Shown: one piece after another, positions 7,661 to 17,423 of the stretch | Numbering within the stretch: position 1 is the first letter of the stretch | Layout of the letters: every line of letters begins with the position of its first letter | Source of the DNA: Pyrinomonadaceae bacterium | GTDB taxonomy: Bacteria; Acidobacteriota; Blastocatellia; Pyrinomonadales; Pyrinomonadaceae | DNA: 64,000 nt | Direction of reading: 5' to 3' | Assembly: GCA_046313635.1 (NCBI GenBank) | Contig: JBKBYA010000001.1 | Span: forward strand, 160,001-224,000 | Notes under the pieces: model-generated | Database searches by the model: none | What the model was told of the DNA's origin: nothing | What the model saw: the letters and a program-made list of their open reading frames with translations, nothing else | Program-made: the position numbers and the translations under genes

Positions 7661-9913
7661 CTAGAACTTCAGCACGAGCTCGCCGCCGCTCTCGCTCACC
7701 TCGACACTTCCGCCGTCGGCGAGCCGGCCAAACAATATCTCGCTCGCGAGCGGCTGCTTGATCCGATCGTGTATGAGCCGCGACATCGGCCGCGCGCCGT
7801 AGCGCGCGTCAAAGCCGCTCTTTGCCAGCCACTCCCGGGCCTGGTCATCGAGTCTTACGATGACGCGCTTCTCGGCGAGCTGACCGTTAAGCTCGTTGAC
7901 AAACTTGTCGACGATCAGCTTGATCACCTCGACGTCGAGCGGCTTGAAAGCAACCCACGCGTCAAGACGATTTCGAAATTCCGGCGTGAACGTTCGTTCG
8001 ATCGCCCCTTTTGCACTGCCTTTTGTCTCCGCCGCATTTCTGAAGCCGACGCCGCCCGACGACAGCTCACGCGCGCCGGCGTTGGTCGTCATGATCAGAA
8101 TGACGTTGCGAAAGTCGGCCTTTTTGCCGTTGTTGTCGGTCAGCGTCGCCGAGTCCATCACCTGCAGCAGCAGGTTAAAAAGATTGGGATGCGCCTTTTC
8201 GATCTCGTCGAGCACGAGCACGGCGTGCGGCGTGCGCATTATCGCGTCCGTGAGCAGGCCGCCTTGGTCAAAACCGACATAGCCCGGCGGCGCGCCGATC
8301 AAACGCGAGACCGTATGCGGCTCGGCGTACTCGCTCATATCGAAGCGGATGAATTCGACGCCGAGTATCTCGGCGAGCTGCTTAGAGACCTCGGTCTTGC
8401 CGACGCCGGTCGGACCCGAAAAGAGAAACGATCCGACGGGCTTTGTCTCGTGGCCCAGGCCGGCGCGCGAGATCTGTATCGCGTCGACGACGCGGTCGAT
8501 CGCCTCGTCCTGCCCAAAGATCACTCTCTTGAGATCGTCGCGCAGCGTGCGGAGTCTTTCTCGCTCGTCGGCGACGACCGTCTGCGGCGGTATCTTGGCC
8601 ATCCGCGCGATGGTGTTCTCGACCATCTGCACCGACACGTTCGTTGGCCGCTTGTCCGCGGGCAGCAGCTTGACCGACGCGCCGACCTCGTCGATCACGT
8701 CGATGGCCTTGTCCGGGAGGAATCGGTCGTTGATGTATTTGCCGGCGAGCTCCGACGCGGTCTTGAGCGACTCGTCGGTGTACTTGACGCCGTGGTGCTT
8801 CTCGTAAAACTTCCTGAGTCCCTGCAGTATCTCGTAGGTCTCGTGCACGGTCGGCTCGTTGATCTCGATCTTTTGAAATCGACGCGCAAGCGCGCGGTCG
8901 CGCTCAAACGCCGCTTTGTACTCGCTGAATGTCGTCGAGCCGATGCAGCGCAGCTCGCCCGCGGCGAGCGCCGGCTTCAGAATGTTTGACGCGTCCATCG
9001 AGCCGCCCTGCACCGAGCCGGCGCCGACGATCGTGTGGATCTCGTCGATAAAGAGTATCGCGTTGTCCTGCTTTTTGAGCTCGCTGATGATCGCCTTGAA
9101 ACGCTGTTCAAAGTCGCCTCGGTAGCGCGTGCCCGCAAGCACCGCGCCCATATCGAGCGCAAAGACCTTTGCGTCCGCGAGCACCTCGGGCACGTCGCCC
9201 TCGCTGATCTTGAGCGCGAGGCCCTCGGCGAGAGCCGTTTTGCCGACGCCCGGTTCGCCGACGTAGAGCGGATTGTTCTTTTTGCGGCGGCAGAGCACCT
9301 GGATCGTGCGTTCGATCTCGGCCTGCCGCCCGACTATCGGATCTATCTGGCCCTCACGTGCCTTTGCGACCAGCTCGGTCGTAAAGCTCTCAAGCGGATT
9401 CTTCCTCGCACGAGCACCCTGGCCGTCGAGGTCGTCCTCGTCCTCAAATCCGTCAGGCAGCCCGCCGTCGCCCGAGTCTATCTTTGAAATGCCGTGCGCG
9501 ATGAAGTTAAGGATGTCGAGCCGCGTGATGCCCTGCTGCAGCAGCAGGTAGACCGCGTACGACTGCTCGGCCTGATAGATCGCGGCGAGGATGTTGCCGC
9601 CGTTGACGGCCCCCTGACCGCTGCCCTCGGCCTGCAGCACGGCATACTGGATCGTCGATTGAAAGGTCGAGGTCAGCTCGGGCATCTGGTTGGCAGATCC
9701 CTCGGGCACTTTTTCGAGGACGTTCTCAAAATACTCCTCGAGCGCGCGGCCTAGCTCATCGATGTCGGCCCCGCAGTGAAACAGGATGTCGCGGGCCGAG
9801 CTGTCCTCGAGCAGCGCAAAAAGCAGATGCTCAAGGGTCACGTACTCGTGCCGGCGCTGGACCGCCTGATCGACGGCGTAGCTCAAAGTCTCTTCTAATT
9901 CTCGCGTCAGCAT
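7661..9913 (-). CDS. clpA: ATP-dependent Clp protease ATP-binding subunit ClpA
   Basis: HEYVTLEHLL N-domain; two AAA modules (GEPGVGKT, GPTGVGKT); 750 aa with no middle coiled coil; GVGF ClpP-binding loop. Confidence 0.95.
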   Translation of the reverse strand: MLTRELEETLSYAVDQAVQRRHEYVTLEHLLFALLEDSSARDILFHCGADIDELGRALEEYFENVLEKVPEGSANQMPELTSTFQSTIQYAVLQAEGSGQGAVNGGNILAAIYQAEQSYAVYLLLQQGITRLDILNFIAHGISKIDSGDGGLPDGFEDEDDLDGQGARARKNPLESFTTELVAKAREGQIDPIVGRQAEIERTIQVLCRRKKNNPLYVGEPGVGKTALAEGLALKISEGDVPEVLADAKVFALDMGAVLAGTRYRGDFEQRFKAIISELKKQDNAILFIDEIHTIVGAGSVQGGSMDASNILKPALAAGELRCIGSTTFSEYKAAFERDRALARRFQKIEINEPTVHETYEILQGLRKFYEKHHGVKYTDESLKTASELAGKYINDRFLPDKAIDVIDEVGASVKLLPADKRPTNVSVQMVENTIARMAKIPPQTVVADERERLRTLRDDLKRVIFGQDEAIDRVVDAIQISRAGLGHETKPVGSFLFSGPTGVGKTEVSKQLAEILGVEFIRFDMSEYAEPHTVSRLIGAPPGYVGFDQGGLLTDAIMRTPHAVLVLDEIEKAHPNLFNLLLQVMDSATLTDNNGKKADFRNVILIMTTNAGARELSSGGVGFRNAAETKGSAKGAIERTFTPEFRNRLDAWVAFKPLDVEVIKLIVDKFVNELNGQLAEKRVIVRLDDQAREWLAKSGFDARYGARPMSRLIHDRIKQPLASEILFGRLADGGSVEVSESGGELVLKF

Positions 9914-9944
9914 TTGTCTTTATCTTACTACCTCGGTCGAGCGT

Positions 9945-10886
9945 CTAATAGCGTCGATCTTCTCTGAACGTAACGCCGTTGGATGCTATCGGCGAGACGT
10001 AGGTGTGAAACGTAATTCCGCTGTCGGCATACACGCCGCTCATCGCCGCGGCGACCGCGCGGGCCGTCCCGAGCGTCCGGCTCAGCATAAATACCGACGG
10101 CCCGGAGCCCGATATCCCGCCGCCGAAAGCTCCGGCCGCTAGCGACGCCGACCGCAGCTCGTCAAATCGCGGTATCAGAGCGCTCCGCACGGGTTCGACG
10201 ATCTCGTCCCGCATCGAACGCGCCATCAGATCGTGATCGCCCGACGACAGGGCCGCAACGAACGCGCCGAGATTTGCCCATTGACGGATCGCCGACTTCA
10301 GCGAAACGTCCGCCGGCAGCATCGCCCGCGCTTCCGACGTCCTGATCTCGATCTGCGGATGGATCACCGCCGCATAGAGCTCAGGATGAGCGAGCCTCAC
10401 GACGTCGATCTCGGGCTCGACGCTTCGCACGAGCGTAAAGCCGCCCAGCAGACACGGCGCGACATTGTCGGCGTGACGCGAGCCCGACGCGAGCTGCTCG
10501 CCGGCCATCGCCAGCTCGATCAATTCGGTCGGGGAGAAATGATCGCCGAGCAAACGATTCACCGCCGCGGCCGCGCCGCATGCGCTCGCCGCGCTCGAGC
10601 CGATGCCGCTGCCGGGCTTGATGCGTTTTGTGATCTCGAGCTCGACGCCGAAGTTTGCACCGGCCGCGTCGAGAACGGCGCGCGCGGCGACGCCGGCTAC
10701 GTTGCGCTCCGCATCGGTCGGCAGACCGAAATCATCCCGGTGCACGATCCGCACTTCGCCGCGAGCGCCCGCGATATTGCGGGCCGTGAGTTCGTCGAAC
10801 GGCTCTGCGAGCGCAAAGCCGAGCACGTCAAATCCGCAGACGACATTCGACACGCTCGCCGGAGCCGTGACCCTGACAATGTCCAT
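9945..10886 (-). CDS. thrB: Homoserine kinase
   Basis: APASVSNVVCGFDVLG, KPGSGIGSSAAS, HADNVAP, ISGSGPS. Confidence 0.93.
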   Translation of the reverse strand: MDIVRVTAPASVSNVVCGFDVLGFALAEPFDELTARNIAGARGEVRIVHRDDFGLPTDAERNVAGVAARAVLDAAGANFGVELEITKRIKPGSGIGSSAASACGAAAAVNRLLGDHFSPTELIELAMAGEQLASGSRHADNVAPCLLGGFTLVRSVEPEIDVVRLAHPELYAAVIHPQIEIRTSEARAMLPADVSLKSAIRQWANLGAFVAALSSGDHDLMARSMRDEIVEPVRSALIPRFDELRSASLAAGAFGGGISGSGPSVFMLSRTLGTARAVAAAMSGVYADSGITFHTYVSPIASNGVTFREDRRY

Positions 10887-10957
10887 ATCTAGAAAACGAT
10901 GAAGCCTCGGTTTATCATTTGAACGGCCAAGCGGCCGCCGCTCGCTGCCCTCTGAAG

Positions 10958-12253
10958 ATGCGCTACTTTAGCACAAACCGTCAGGCCCCCGACGCGACCT
11001 TTCGCAAGGCGATGCTCGCCGGCCAGCCCGCCGACAAGGGGCTGTATTTTCCCGCCGAGATACCGCAGATCAAGCGCGGATTTATCGACTGCCTGCCCGA
11101 GCTCGCCGACGCCGAGATCGCCTTTGAGGTGATCAAGCCGTACGTCGCGGACGAGATCGACGACAGAGCGCTCGCCGAGATCTGCCGAGAGACGGTCGAT
11201 CTTGAATTTCCGCTCGTCGAGATCACCGACCGCATCTCGTCGCTCGAACTTTTTCACGGCCCGACTCTCGCCTTCAAGGATGTCGGGGCGAGATTTATGA
11301 GCCGCTGTCTGCGCTATTTTGCGGAGCGTCGTGGCGAGGAGACCATCGTGCTTGTGGCGACGTCGGGCGACACAGGCGGGGCCGTCGCCGCGGGCTTTCA
11401 CGGTGTCGACGGCGTCGAGGTCGTGATCCTTTATCCGAAGGGGCGGGTCAGCCGCGTGCAGGAGCTGCAGCTCACCACTCTCGGCGGCAACGTCACGGCC
11501 GTCGGCGTGCACGGCGCTTTTGACGACTGCCAGGCGCTTGCCAAGGCGGCGCTGGCCGATCGCGAGATAACGGGCCGCGTCCGTCTCACGTCGGCAAACT
11601 CGATCAACATCGCGCGCTGGCTGCCGCAGCAGTTCTATTACTTTTTTGCGCTCAAGCAGTGGACGCACGGCGAGCCGCCGGTCGTCTCGGTGCCGAGCGG
11701 CAATTTTGGGAACATCGCCTCCGGCATTCTCGCCCACGCTTCGGGACTGCCGGTCGAGCGGTTCATCGCCGCGTGCAACGCCAATGACGTCGTGCCGCGA
11801 TTTTTGCTGACCGGCAGATACGACACGAGGCCGTCGGTCGCGACGCTGTCAAACGCGATGGACGTCGGCAGCCCGAGCAATTTCGTTCGCATCCGCGAGT
11901 TACTCGGCGACGAGCCGGCGAAGATACTCGAGACGCTCGAGGCCGCGAGCATCTCTGACGAAGAGACGATACGCACGATCCGCGAGGTGCACGCAGCGAG
12001 CGGCTACACGCTCGACCCGCACGGGGCCGTCGGCTATCGCGCGCTGGCCGACCACCTCGACAAGCATCCCGGCAAGCGCGGCCTGTTTCTCGAGACGGCG
12101 CATCCGATCAAGTTCGACTCGGTCGAGCAGATCCTTGGAGCTCCCGTAGAGGTGCCGGCTTCGATAGCGGCCCTCGACGCACGCGACGAACGCAGCATCG
12201 AGATCGACCCCGATCACGAACTGGTCAAACAGATCCTGCTTAGCAAAATATGA
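10958..12253 (+). CDS. thrC: Threonine synthase
   Basis: ELFHGPTLAFKDVG, ATSGDTG, SANSINIAR, PSGNFGN, TAHPIKF. Confidence 0.95.
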   Translation: MRYFSTNRQAPDATFRKAMLAGQPADKGLYFPAEIPQIKRGFIDCLPELADAEIAFEVIKPYVADEIDDRALAEICRETVDLEFPLVEITDRISSLELFHGPTLAFKDVGARFMSRCLRYFAERRGEETIVLVATSGDTGGAVAAGFHGVDGVEVVILYPKGRVSRVQELQLTTLGGNVTAVGVHGAFDDCQALAKAALADREITGRVRLTSANSINIARWLPQQFYYFFALKQWTHGEPPVVSVPSGNFGNIASGILAHASGLPVERFIAACNANDVVPRFLLTGRYDTRPSVATLSNAMDVGSPSNFVRIRELLGDEPAKILETLEAASISDEETIRTIREVHAASGYTLDPHGAVGYRALADHLDKHPGKRGLFLETAHPIKFDSVEQILGAPVEVPASIAALDARDERSIEIDPDHELVKQILLSKI

Positions 12254-14709
12254 GAGTTTTGAAGTTTGGCGGCTCGTCCGTAGGCTCGGCCGATAGCATC
12301 CGAAAGGTCGCCGAGATCGTTGCCCGCGCGGCTGCCGACAGCCGATGCGCGGTCGTCGTCTCGGCGATGCAGGGCACGACCGACCGGCTCATCGACGCCG
12401 GCCGCGCGGCCGAGAGGGGCGAGGATTTTCGCCCGGCGATCGACGAGGTCCGCAGCAAGCATCTCAAGGCGATCCGATCTCTACTCGGCGATAAGTTGGC
12501 CGACGAACTACGGGCATTCGCCGCCGCGTCACTGAGCGAGCTCGAAAATATCTGCGAAGGAGTTCGTCTCGTTGGCGAGCTGTCGTCGCGCACGCTCGAC
12601 CGCATCCTCAGCATCGGCGAGCTGCTGTCGAGCCGGATGCTTTCGGCATATCTTGCGGCCCAGGGCGTCGACAATGAGTGGAAGGACAGCCGCGAGCTGA
12701 TCTCGACGGACTCTACTTTTGGTTTTGCCGCGGTCGACTTTGCTCGGACAAACCAAGCCGTCGAGAGTTTTTTTGGCTCGAGCACGTCTCGCGTCGTCAT
12801 CCTCCCGGGCTTTATCGCCTCTGACGCGAGCGGAGCGACGACGACGCTCGGCCGAGGCGGTTCTGATTACACGGCGGCGATCGTCGCGGCGGCCGTCGAT
12901 GCGCGAGTGCTCGAGATCTGGACCGACGTGTCGGGAATGATGACGGCCGATCCGCGCTTTGTCCGCGGCGTGCGGCAGATCTCGCACATCACCTATCGCG
13001 AAGCGATGGAACTGTCGCACTTCGGAGCGAAGGTGATCTACCCGCCGACGATCCAGCCGGTGATGAAAAAGGGCATTCCCGTGCTTGTAAAAAACACCTT
13101 CGAGCCCGACGACCACGGCACGCTTATCGAAGCGGAGACCGATGCCGGCGGCGAGATCATTCGCGGCATCACGAGCATCGACCGCATCGCCGTCGTCAAC
13201 CTCGAAGGCAGCGGCATGGTAGGCATTCCCGGATTTTCACGTCGTCTGTTTGACGCGCTTTCGCGAGAGCAGATCAACGTCATTCTCATTACGCAGAGCT
13301 CGTCCGAGCACTCGATCTGCGCGGCGATAGACGAGAACTCGGCTTCGCTCGCAAAGACGGTCGTCGATCGCGAGTTTGAGAACGAGATCGCGGTCGGCAA
13401 GATCGACCCGCTGCGCGTCGAGACGGGCTTTTCGATCCTCGCGCTCGTCGGCGACCGGATGCGCGAACACACGGGCGTGAGCGGCCGTATGTTTTCGGCG
13501 CTCGGGCAGAACGGCATCAACATCCACGCGATCGCTCAAGGCTCGTCAGAACGAAACATCTCGACGATCGTCGCAACACGCGACGTGCGAAAGGCGGTCA
13601 ACACGCTGCACGAGGAATTTTTTTCGGACGGCAGCAAGCAGGTCAATCTTTTTGTCGCCGGCGTCGGAACGGTCGGCAGCCGGCTGCTCGAGCAGCTTCG
13701 CCGGCAGCACGATCACTTGATCGAGAGCCTGCGACTGAACGTCCGCGTCGTCGGTCTCGCAAACAGCAGACAGTTTGTTGTAGACGAGGAAGGCATCGAC
13801 CTCGCGGACTGGAAGACGACGTTGACCCAAAGGTCAGAACCACCTGCGCCAGCGGGCGGGTCGAACGTTGAGTTTGCGCGGCTCATCGTCGAAAAGAACC
13901 TCCGCAATTCCGTCTTCGTCGATGCGACCGCGAGCGGCGACATCGTGCAGATCTACCCGCGGCTTCTCGAGCGCAGCGTCTCGGTCGTCGCGTGCAACAA
14001 GGTCGCGTGCTCGTCCGACTACGAGACATACTCGCGACTGAAGGATCTCGCCCGCGAGTACAACACCAACTTTCTCTTTGAGACCAACGTCGGCGCCGGC
14101 CTGCCGGTGATAGGCACGCTCAACGATCTCATCCGCAGCGGCGACCGCGTGCACCGCATCGAGGCCGTCTTGTCGGGCACCTTGAATTTCGTCTTTAACA
14201 ACTACGACGGCTCGCGCGAGTTTGCCGACGTCGTCCGCCAGGCGCAGGCGGAGGGCTACACCGAGCCTGACCCGCGGCTCGATCTTTCGGGGACCGACGT
14301 CGCTCGCAAGATACTGATCCTCGCCCGCGAAGCCGGACATCCGCTCGAGATGAGCGACATCGAGATCGCGCCCTTTCTGCCGGCCGCGTGCTTTGAGGGA
14401 AGTGTCGAAGATTTTTATTTGGAGATGTCGCGGCACGAGAAGCATTTCCGCTCGATGCTCGACGCCGCAGCTGCCGAAGGGAAAAAGCTCAAATACATCG
14501 CGACCTTCGACAACGGCCGCGCGTCTGTCGGGCTGCAGAGCATCTCTGCGGATCACAACTTTGCAAACCTCTCGGGCAAGGACAACGCCGTTCTCTTTTA
14601 CACCGATCGCTACTCGGACCAACCGCTCGTCATCAAAGGCGCCGGAGCCGGAGCGGACGTGACGGCCGCCGGCGTCTTCGCCGACATCATCCGCGCCGCT
14701 CGTCAATGA
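12250..14709 (+). CDS. thrA: Bifunctional aspartokinase/homoserine dehydrogenase
   Basis: VLKFGGSS, TLGRGGSDYTA, ACT domains, GVGTVG, ETNVGAGLP, GYTEPDPRLDLSG. Confidence 0.95.
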   Translation: MRVLKFGGSSVGSADSIRKVAEIVARAAADSRCAVVVSAMQGTTDRLIDAGRAAERGEDFRPAIDEVRSKHLKAIRSLLGDKLADELRAFAAASLSELENICEGVRLVGELSSRTLDRILSIGELLSSRMLSAYLAAQGVDNEWKDSRELISTDSTFGFAAVDFARTNQAVESFFGSSTSRVVILPGFIASDASGATTTLGRGGSDYTAAIVAAAVDARVLEIWTDVSGMMTADPRFVRGVRQISHITYREAMELSHFGAKVIYPPTIQPVMKKGIPVLVKNTFEPDDHGTLIEAETDAGGEIIRGITSIDRIAVVNLEGSGMVGIPGFSRRLFDALSREQINVILITQSSSEHSICAAIDENSASLAKTVVDREFENEIAVGKIDPLRVETGFSILALVGDRMREHTGVSGRMFSALGQNGINIHAIAQGSSERNISTIVATRDVRKAVNTLHEEFFSDGSKQVNLFVAGVGTVGSRLLEQLRRQHDHLIESLRLNVRVVGLANSRQFVVDEEGIDLADWKTTLTQRSEPPAPAGGSNVEFARLIVEKNLRNSVFVDATASGDIVQIYPRLLERSVSVVACNKVACSSDYETYSRLKDLAREYNTNFLFETNVGAGLPVIGTLNDLIRSGDRVHRIEAVLSGTLNFVFNNYDGSREFADVVRQAQAEGYTEPDPRLDLSGTDVARKILILAREAGHPLEMSDIEIAPFLPAACFEGSVEDFYLEMSRHEKHFRSMLDAAAAEGKKLKYIATFDNGRASVGLQSISADHNFANLSGKDNAVLFYTDRYSDQPLVIKGAGAGADVTAAGVFADIIRAARQ

Positions 14710-15060
14710 TCATGCAAGGCGCCGGTTAAAGCCGTTAAGCATCTTCTTTACCTCGACGATCTCTTCCGACACGTGAGCATGTTGGTCGGGGCCGATGAAT
14801 TTTAGATCGTGTGCCATCAGCGCGTAGTACTCGAGCCGGTTAGCCAAAGCCAACGCGGCTCCGATAGATCGTGAGAATTCGGCATCGCTCGGCTTACCGC
14901 ATCCCTCGGCAATCAACGCCGGGATGTCGACGCTCGTCTTACGCAAAGAATTTCGCAATCCAAAGAGCTCGTCGCGGGGAAAGTTCGTTGTTACTCGATA
15001 GATCAATAGAGCCAACTCGTGAGCACGTCGCCAAACAGTCAAATTCCTAAAGTCCTGCAT
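14710..15060 (-). CDS. Four helix bundle protein (23S rRNA IVP-like family)
   Basis: MQDFRNLTVWRRAHELALLIYRVT..FPRDELFGL...LRK...IPALIAEGCG. Confidence 0.88.
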   Translation of the reverse strand: MQDFRNLTVWRRAHELALLIYRVTTNFPRDELFGLRNSLRKTSVDIPALIAEGCGKPSDAEFSRSIGAALALANRLEYYALMAHDLKFIGPDQHAHVSEEIVEVKKMLNGFNRRLA

Positions 15061-15066
15061 AGAAAA

Positions 15067-15102
15067 TTAGCTGTCAGCTAATAGCTATTAGCTGACAGCT
15101 AA
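15067..15102. repeat. Perfect 36-bp palindrome built of TAGCTRW-type 7-mers
   Basis: TTAGCTGTCAGCTAATAG|CTATTAGCTGACAGCTAA. Confidence 0.9.
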
Positions 15103-15123
15103 ACTGTACCGTGCCTGTCAATC

Positions 15124-15822
15124 TCAGTTGAGATCAAACAACAAAAACTCCGAGTTGTCATCCGCGGCCTTGATCGTCAGCTGTGTTTCATTGCTGATCG
15201 CCGCTCCGTCGCCGGCGTTGAGCTTCTCGCCGTTGACTTCGACTGAGCCGCTGATTAGCTGGATCCAGGCGTGACGGCCTTCGGCGAGCTGGTACGAGAC
15301 CGATTCGCCGTTAGCGAGGATCGAGGCATACAGCTTTACGTCCTGATTGATGTGCACCGAGCCGTCGCCGCCGCCGCGCGAGGCGACGAGGCAGAGCTTG
15401 CCGCGTTTTTCTTCCGGCGAAAAAACCTTTTGCTCGTACGACGGCTGCAGGTTGTCTTTCTCCGGCAAGATCCAGATCTGCAGCAGGTGCGTCCTGTCGG
15501 TCGGCGAGCTGTACTCGCTGTGCAGAACGCCGGTGCCGGCGGTCATTCGCTGCACCTCGTGCGGATGGATCGTCTCGCCGTTGCCCATCGAATCGCGGTG
15601 CGACAATTCGCCCGAGATCACGTAGGTGACGATCTCCATATCGCGATGCCCGTGCGTCGGGAAGCCCTGATCAGGCGCGATGAAGTCCTCGTTGATGACC
15701 CGCAGATCGCGGAATCCCATAAATCGCGGATCGTAATAATCGCTGAATGAAAAAGTGTATCTGGTATCGAGCCAGCCGTAATTCGCCTTACCTCGGTCGT
15801 CTGATCTTCGGATCGTGATCAT
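15124..15822 (-). CDS. Pirin family protein (YhhW-like)
   Basis: TFSFSDYYDP, GFPTHGHRDMEI, MTAGTGVLHSE, LQIWI. Confidence 0.92.
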   Translation of the reverse strand: MITIRRSDDRGKANYGWLDTRYTFSFSDYYDPRFMGFRDLRVINEDFIAPDQGFPTHGHRDMEIVTYVISGELSHRDSMGNGETIHPHEVQRMTAGTGVLHSEYSSPTDRTHLLQIWILPEKDNLQPSYEQKVFSPEEKRGKLCLVASRGGGDGSVHINQDVKLYASILANGESVSYQLAEGRHAWIQLISGSVEVNGEKLNAGDGAAISNETQLTIKAADDNSEFLLFDLN

Positions 15823-15840
15823 CGTCTTCTCCTTGTCTTG

Positions 15841-15890
15841 CTCTGCGTCTTTGCGTCTCTGCGGGAGAAATTTCCCGCAAAGTCGCAGAG
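15841..15890. repeat. Inverted repeat element, CTTTGCG/CGCAAAG family
   Basis: ctctgcgtctttgcgtctctgcggga...tcccgcaaagtcgcagag. Confidence 0.8.
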
Positions 15891-15975
15891 CATTCATCTG
15901 AGAATTAGATTACAGCGCGGCCGACGGGTTGTAATCACCATTCGCGGTGGCGGGCAGATAGTACTTTTGGGTGAC

Positions 15976-16602
15976 TTACTTTTTGCAGGCGATCATCAAT
16001 CCGTCTCGGATCGGAAGGAGCACATTCGTCACGCGTTCGTCGGCGAGGACCATTTCGCTGTATTCGTGCAGGGCCTGCGTGTTCTCGTCCTTCTCATCCT
16101 CCAGCACCTTGCCGCTCCAGAGGACGTTGTCGGCGATGATGAAGCCGCCGCGGCGGACCTTGTCGAAGACGAGGTTGTAGTAGTTAGAGTAGTTCGGCTT
16201 GTCGGCGTCGATAAAGACAAGATCGATCGTCTCGTCGAGAGACGGAATGATCTCGGTCGCATCGCCGAGGCGAAAGTCGATGCGGTCCGCGTACTCGCTG
16301 CGTGCGGCGAATGAGCGTGCGATCTCGTTAGTCTCTTTGTCGACGTCGAGCGTGATCACGCGGCCGCCGTCGGCGAGGCCTTCGGCAAAACACAGCGCCG
16401 AATAGCCTAGGTATGTGCCGATCTCGAGCACGACGCGCGGGCGGATCATCTTCGAGAGCATCGATAGAACCCGGCCCTGAAAAAATCCCGAGAGCATCGA
16501 CGAATCGTTTCTATTCGCCTCGCACTCGCGGCGCAGCTCGGCGAGCAGAGGCGATTCGTCAGAAGTGAATTGCTCGGCGTATCTGATCCAATCTTCATTC
16601 AT
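15976..16602 (-). CDS. O-methyltransferase (caffeoyl-CoA/COMT-like)
   Basis: LEIGTYLGYSAL, DLVFIDADKPNY, GGFIIADNVLWSG, LLPIRDGL. Confidence 0.92.
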   Translation of the reverse strand: MNEDWIRYAEQFTSDESPLLAELRRECEANRNDSSMLSGFFQGRVLSMLSKMIRPRVVLEIGTYLGYSALCFAEGLADGGRVITLDVDKETNEIARSFAARSEYADRIDFRLGDATEIIPSLDETIDLVFIDADKPNYSNYYNLVFDKVRRGGFIIADNVLWSGKVLEDEKDENTQALHEYSEMVLADERVTNVLLPIRDGLMIACKK

Positions 16603-16625
16603 ACATAGATCGATGTCGCAAGCTC

Positions 16626-16682
16626 TTTGCGGCCTTTGCGGGAGATAAAACCCGTTTCCCGCAAAGACGCAAAGAGGCAAAG
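16626..16682. repeat. Inverted repeat element, CTTTGCG/CGCAAAG family
   Basis: ctttgcggcctttgcggga...tcccgcaaagacgcaaag. Confidence 0.8.
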
Positions 16683-16697
16683 AAGAAAAGAGTCTTG

Positions 16698-17318
16698 CTA
16701 TAGATCGACCCGCACCAGCCCGCGTTTGATCGCCGTCGTCGCGGCTGACGTGCGGTCGGAGACGCCGATCTTTTCAAAGATATTCTTGACGTGCGTCTTG
16801 ACCGTATTCTCCGAGATGTCGAGGGCGAAGCCGATCTCTTTGTTCGACATCCCGCCTACGATCATTCGCAGAACGGTCTGCTCGGCGGGCGTGAGCTCTT
16901 CTTGATGAATGTTCTCGCTGAGCAAGCGAGCGATGTCGTCGGGAATAAACTTTTTGCCCGCGGCGACGGTCCGTACCGCCTTGATCAGATCTTCGGGCGT
17001 GACGTCCTTGCAGATGTAGCCGGCCGCACCTTTCTTTAATGCACGAGAGATCTCGGCGTCGCCGGCGTGCTCGGCGAGCACGATGACGCGCGCCTTTGGC
17101 CGCTCGATAAAGTAGTTGTCGAGATCGTCGATGGCGCACGAGTCGGGAAACCGCAGGCCGAGGATCGTCACGTCGGGGTTGATCTGCTTGAAAAGATCGA
17201 AACCGTCGGCCGCATCGTCTGCCTCGCCGGCGAGTTCGATGTCCGATTCGCGCTCGATCACTGCCCGCACGCCGAGACGAGTGAGCGGCTGATTTTCGAT
17301 CAATAAAAGTCGGATCAT
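16698..17318 (-). CDS. NarL/LuxR-family response regulator with an atypical receiver
   Basis: C-terminal LuxR HTH (GMSNKEIG...ISENTVKTHVKNIF). The receiver reads PDVTILGLRFP, where the phospho-Asp (normally DLxMP) is Gly. Confidence 0.88.
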   Translation of the reverse strand: MIRLLLIENQPLTRLGVRAVIERESDIELAGEADDAADGFDLFKQINPDVTILGLRFPDSCAIDDLDNYFIERPKARVIVLAEHAGDAEISRALKKGAAGYICKDVTPEDLIKAVRTVAAGKKFIPDDIARLLSENIHQEELTPAEQTVLRMIVGGMSNKEIGFALDISENTVKTHVKNIFEKIGVSDRTSAATTAIKRGLVRVDL

Positions 17319-17320
17319 AC

Positions 17321-17423
17321 AGTCAGAACCACGTGCGGTAGCGGGTGGTCTATCGCGGCACCTGTGTCAACGCGGAGTTGACCGTCCAACTTCAACCACT
17401 CGCTACCGCAGGTGGTTCTGACT
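17321..17423. repeat. REP-like inverted doublet (AGTCAGAACCACnTGCGGTAGCG family)
   Basis: agtcagaaccacgtgcggtagcgggtggt ... accactcgctaccgcaggtggttctgact. Confidence 0.85.
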
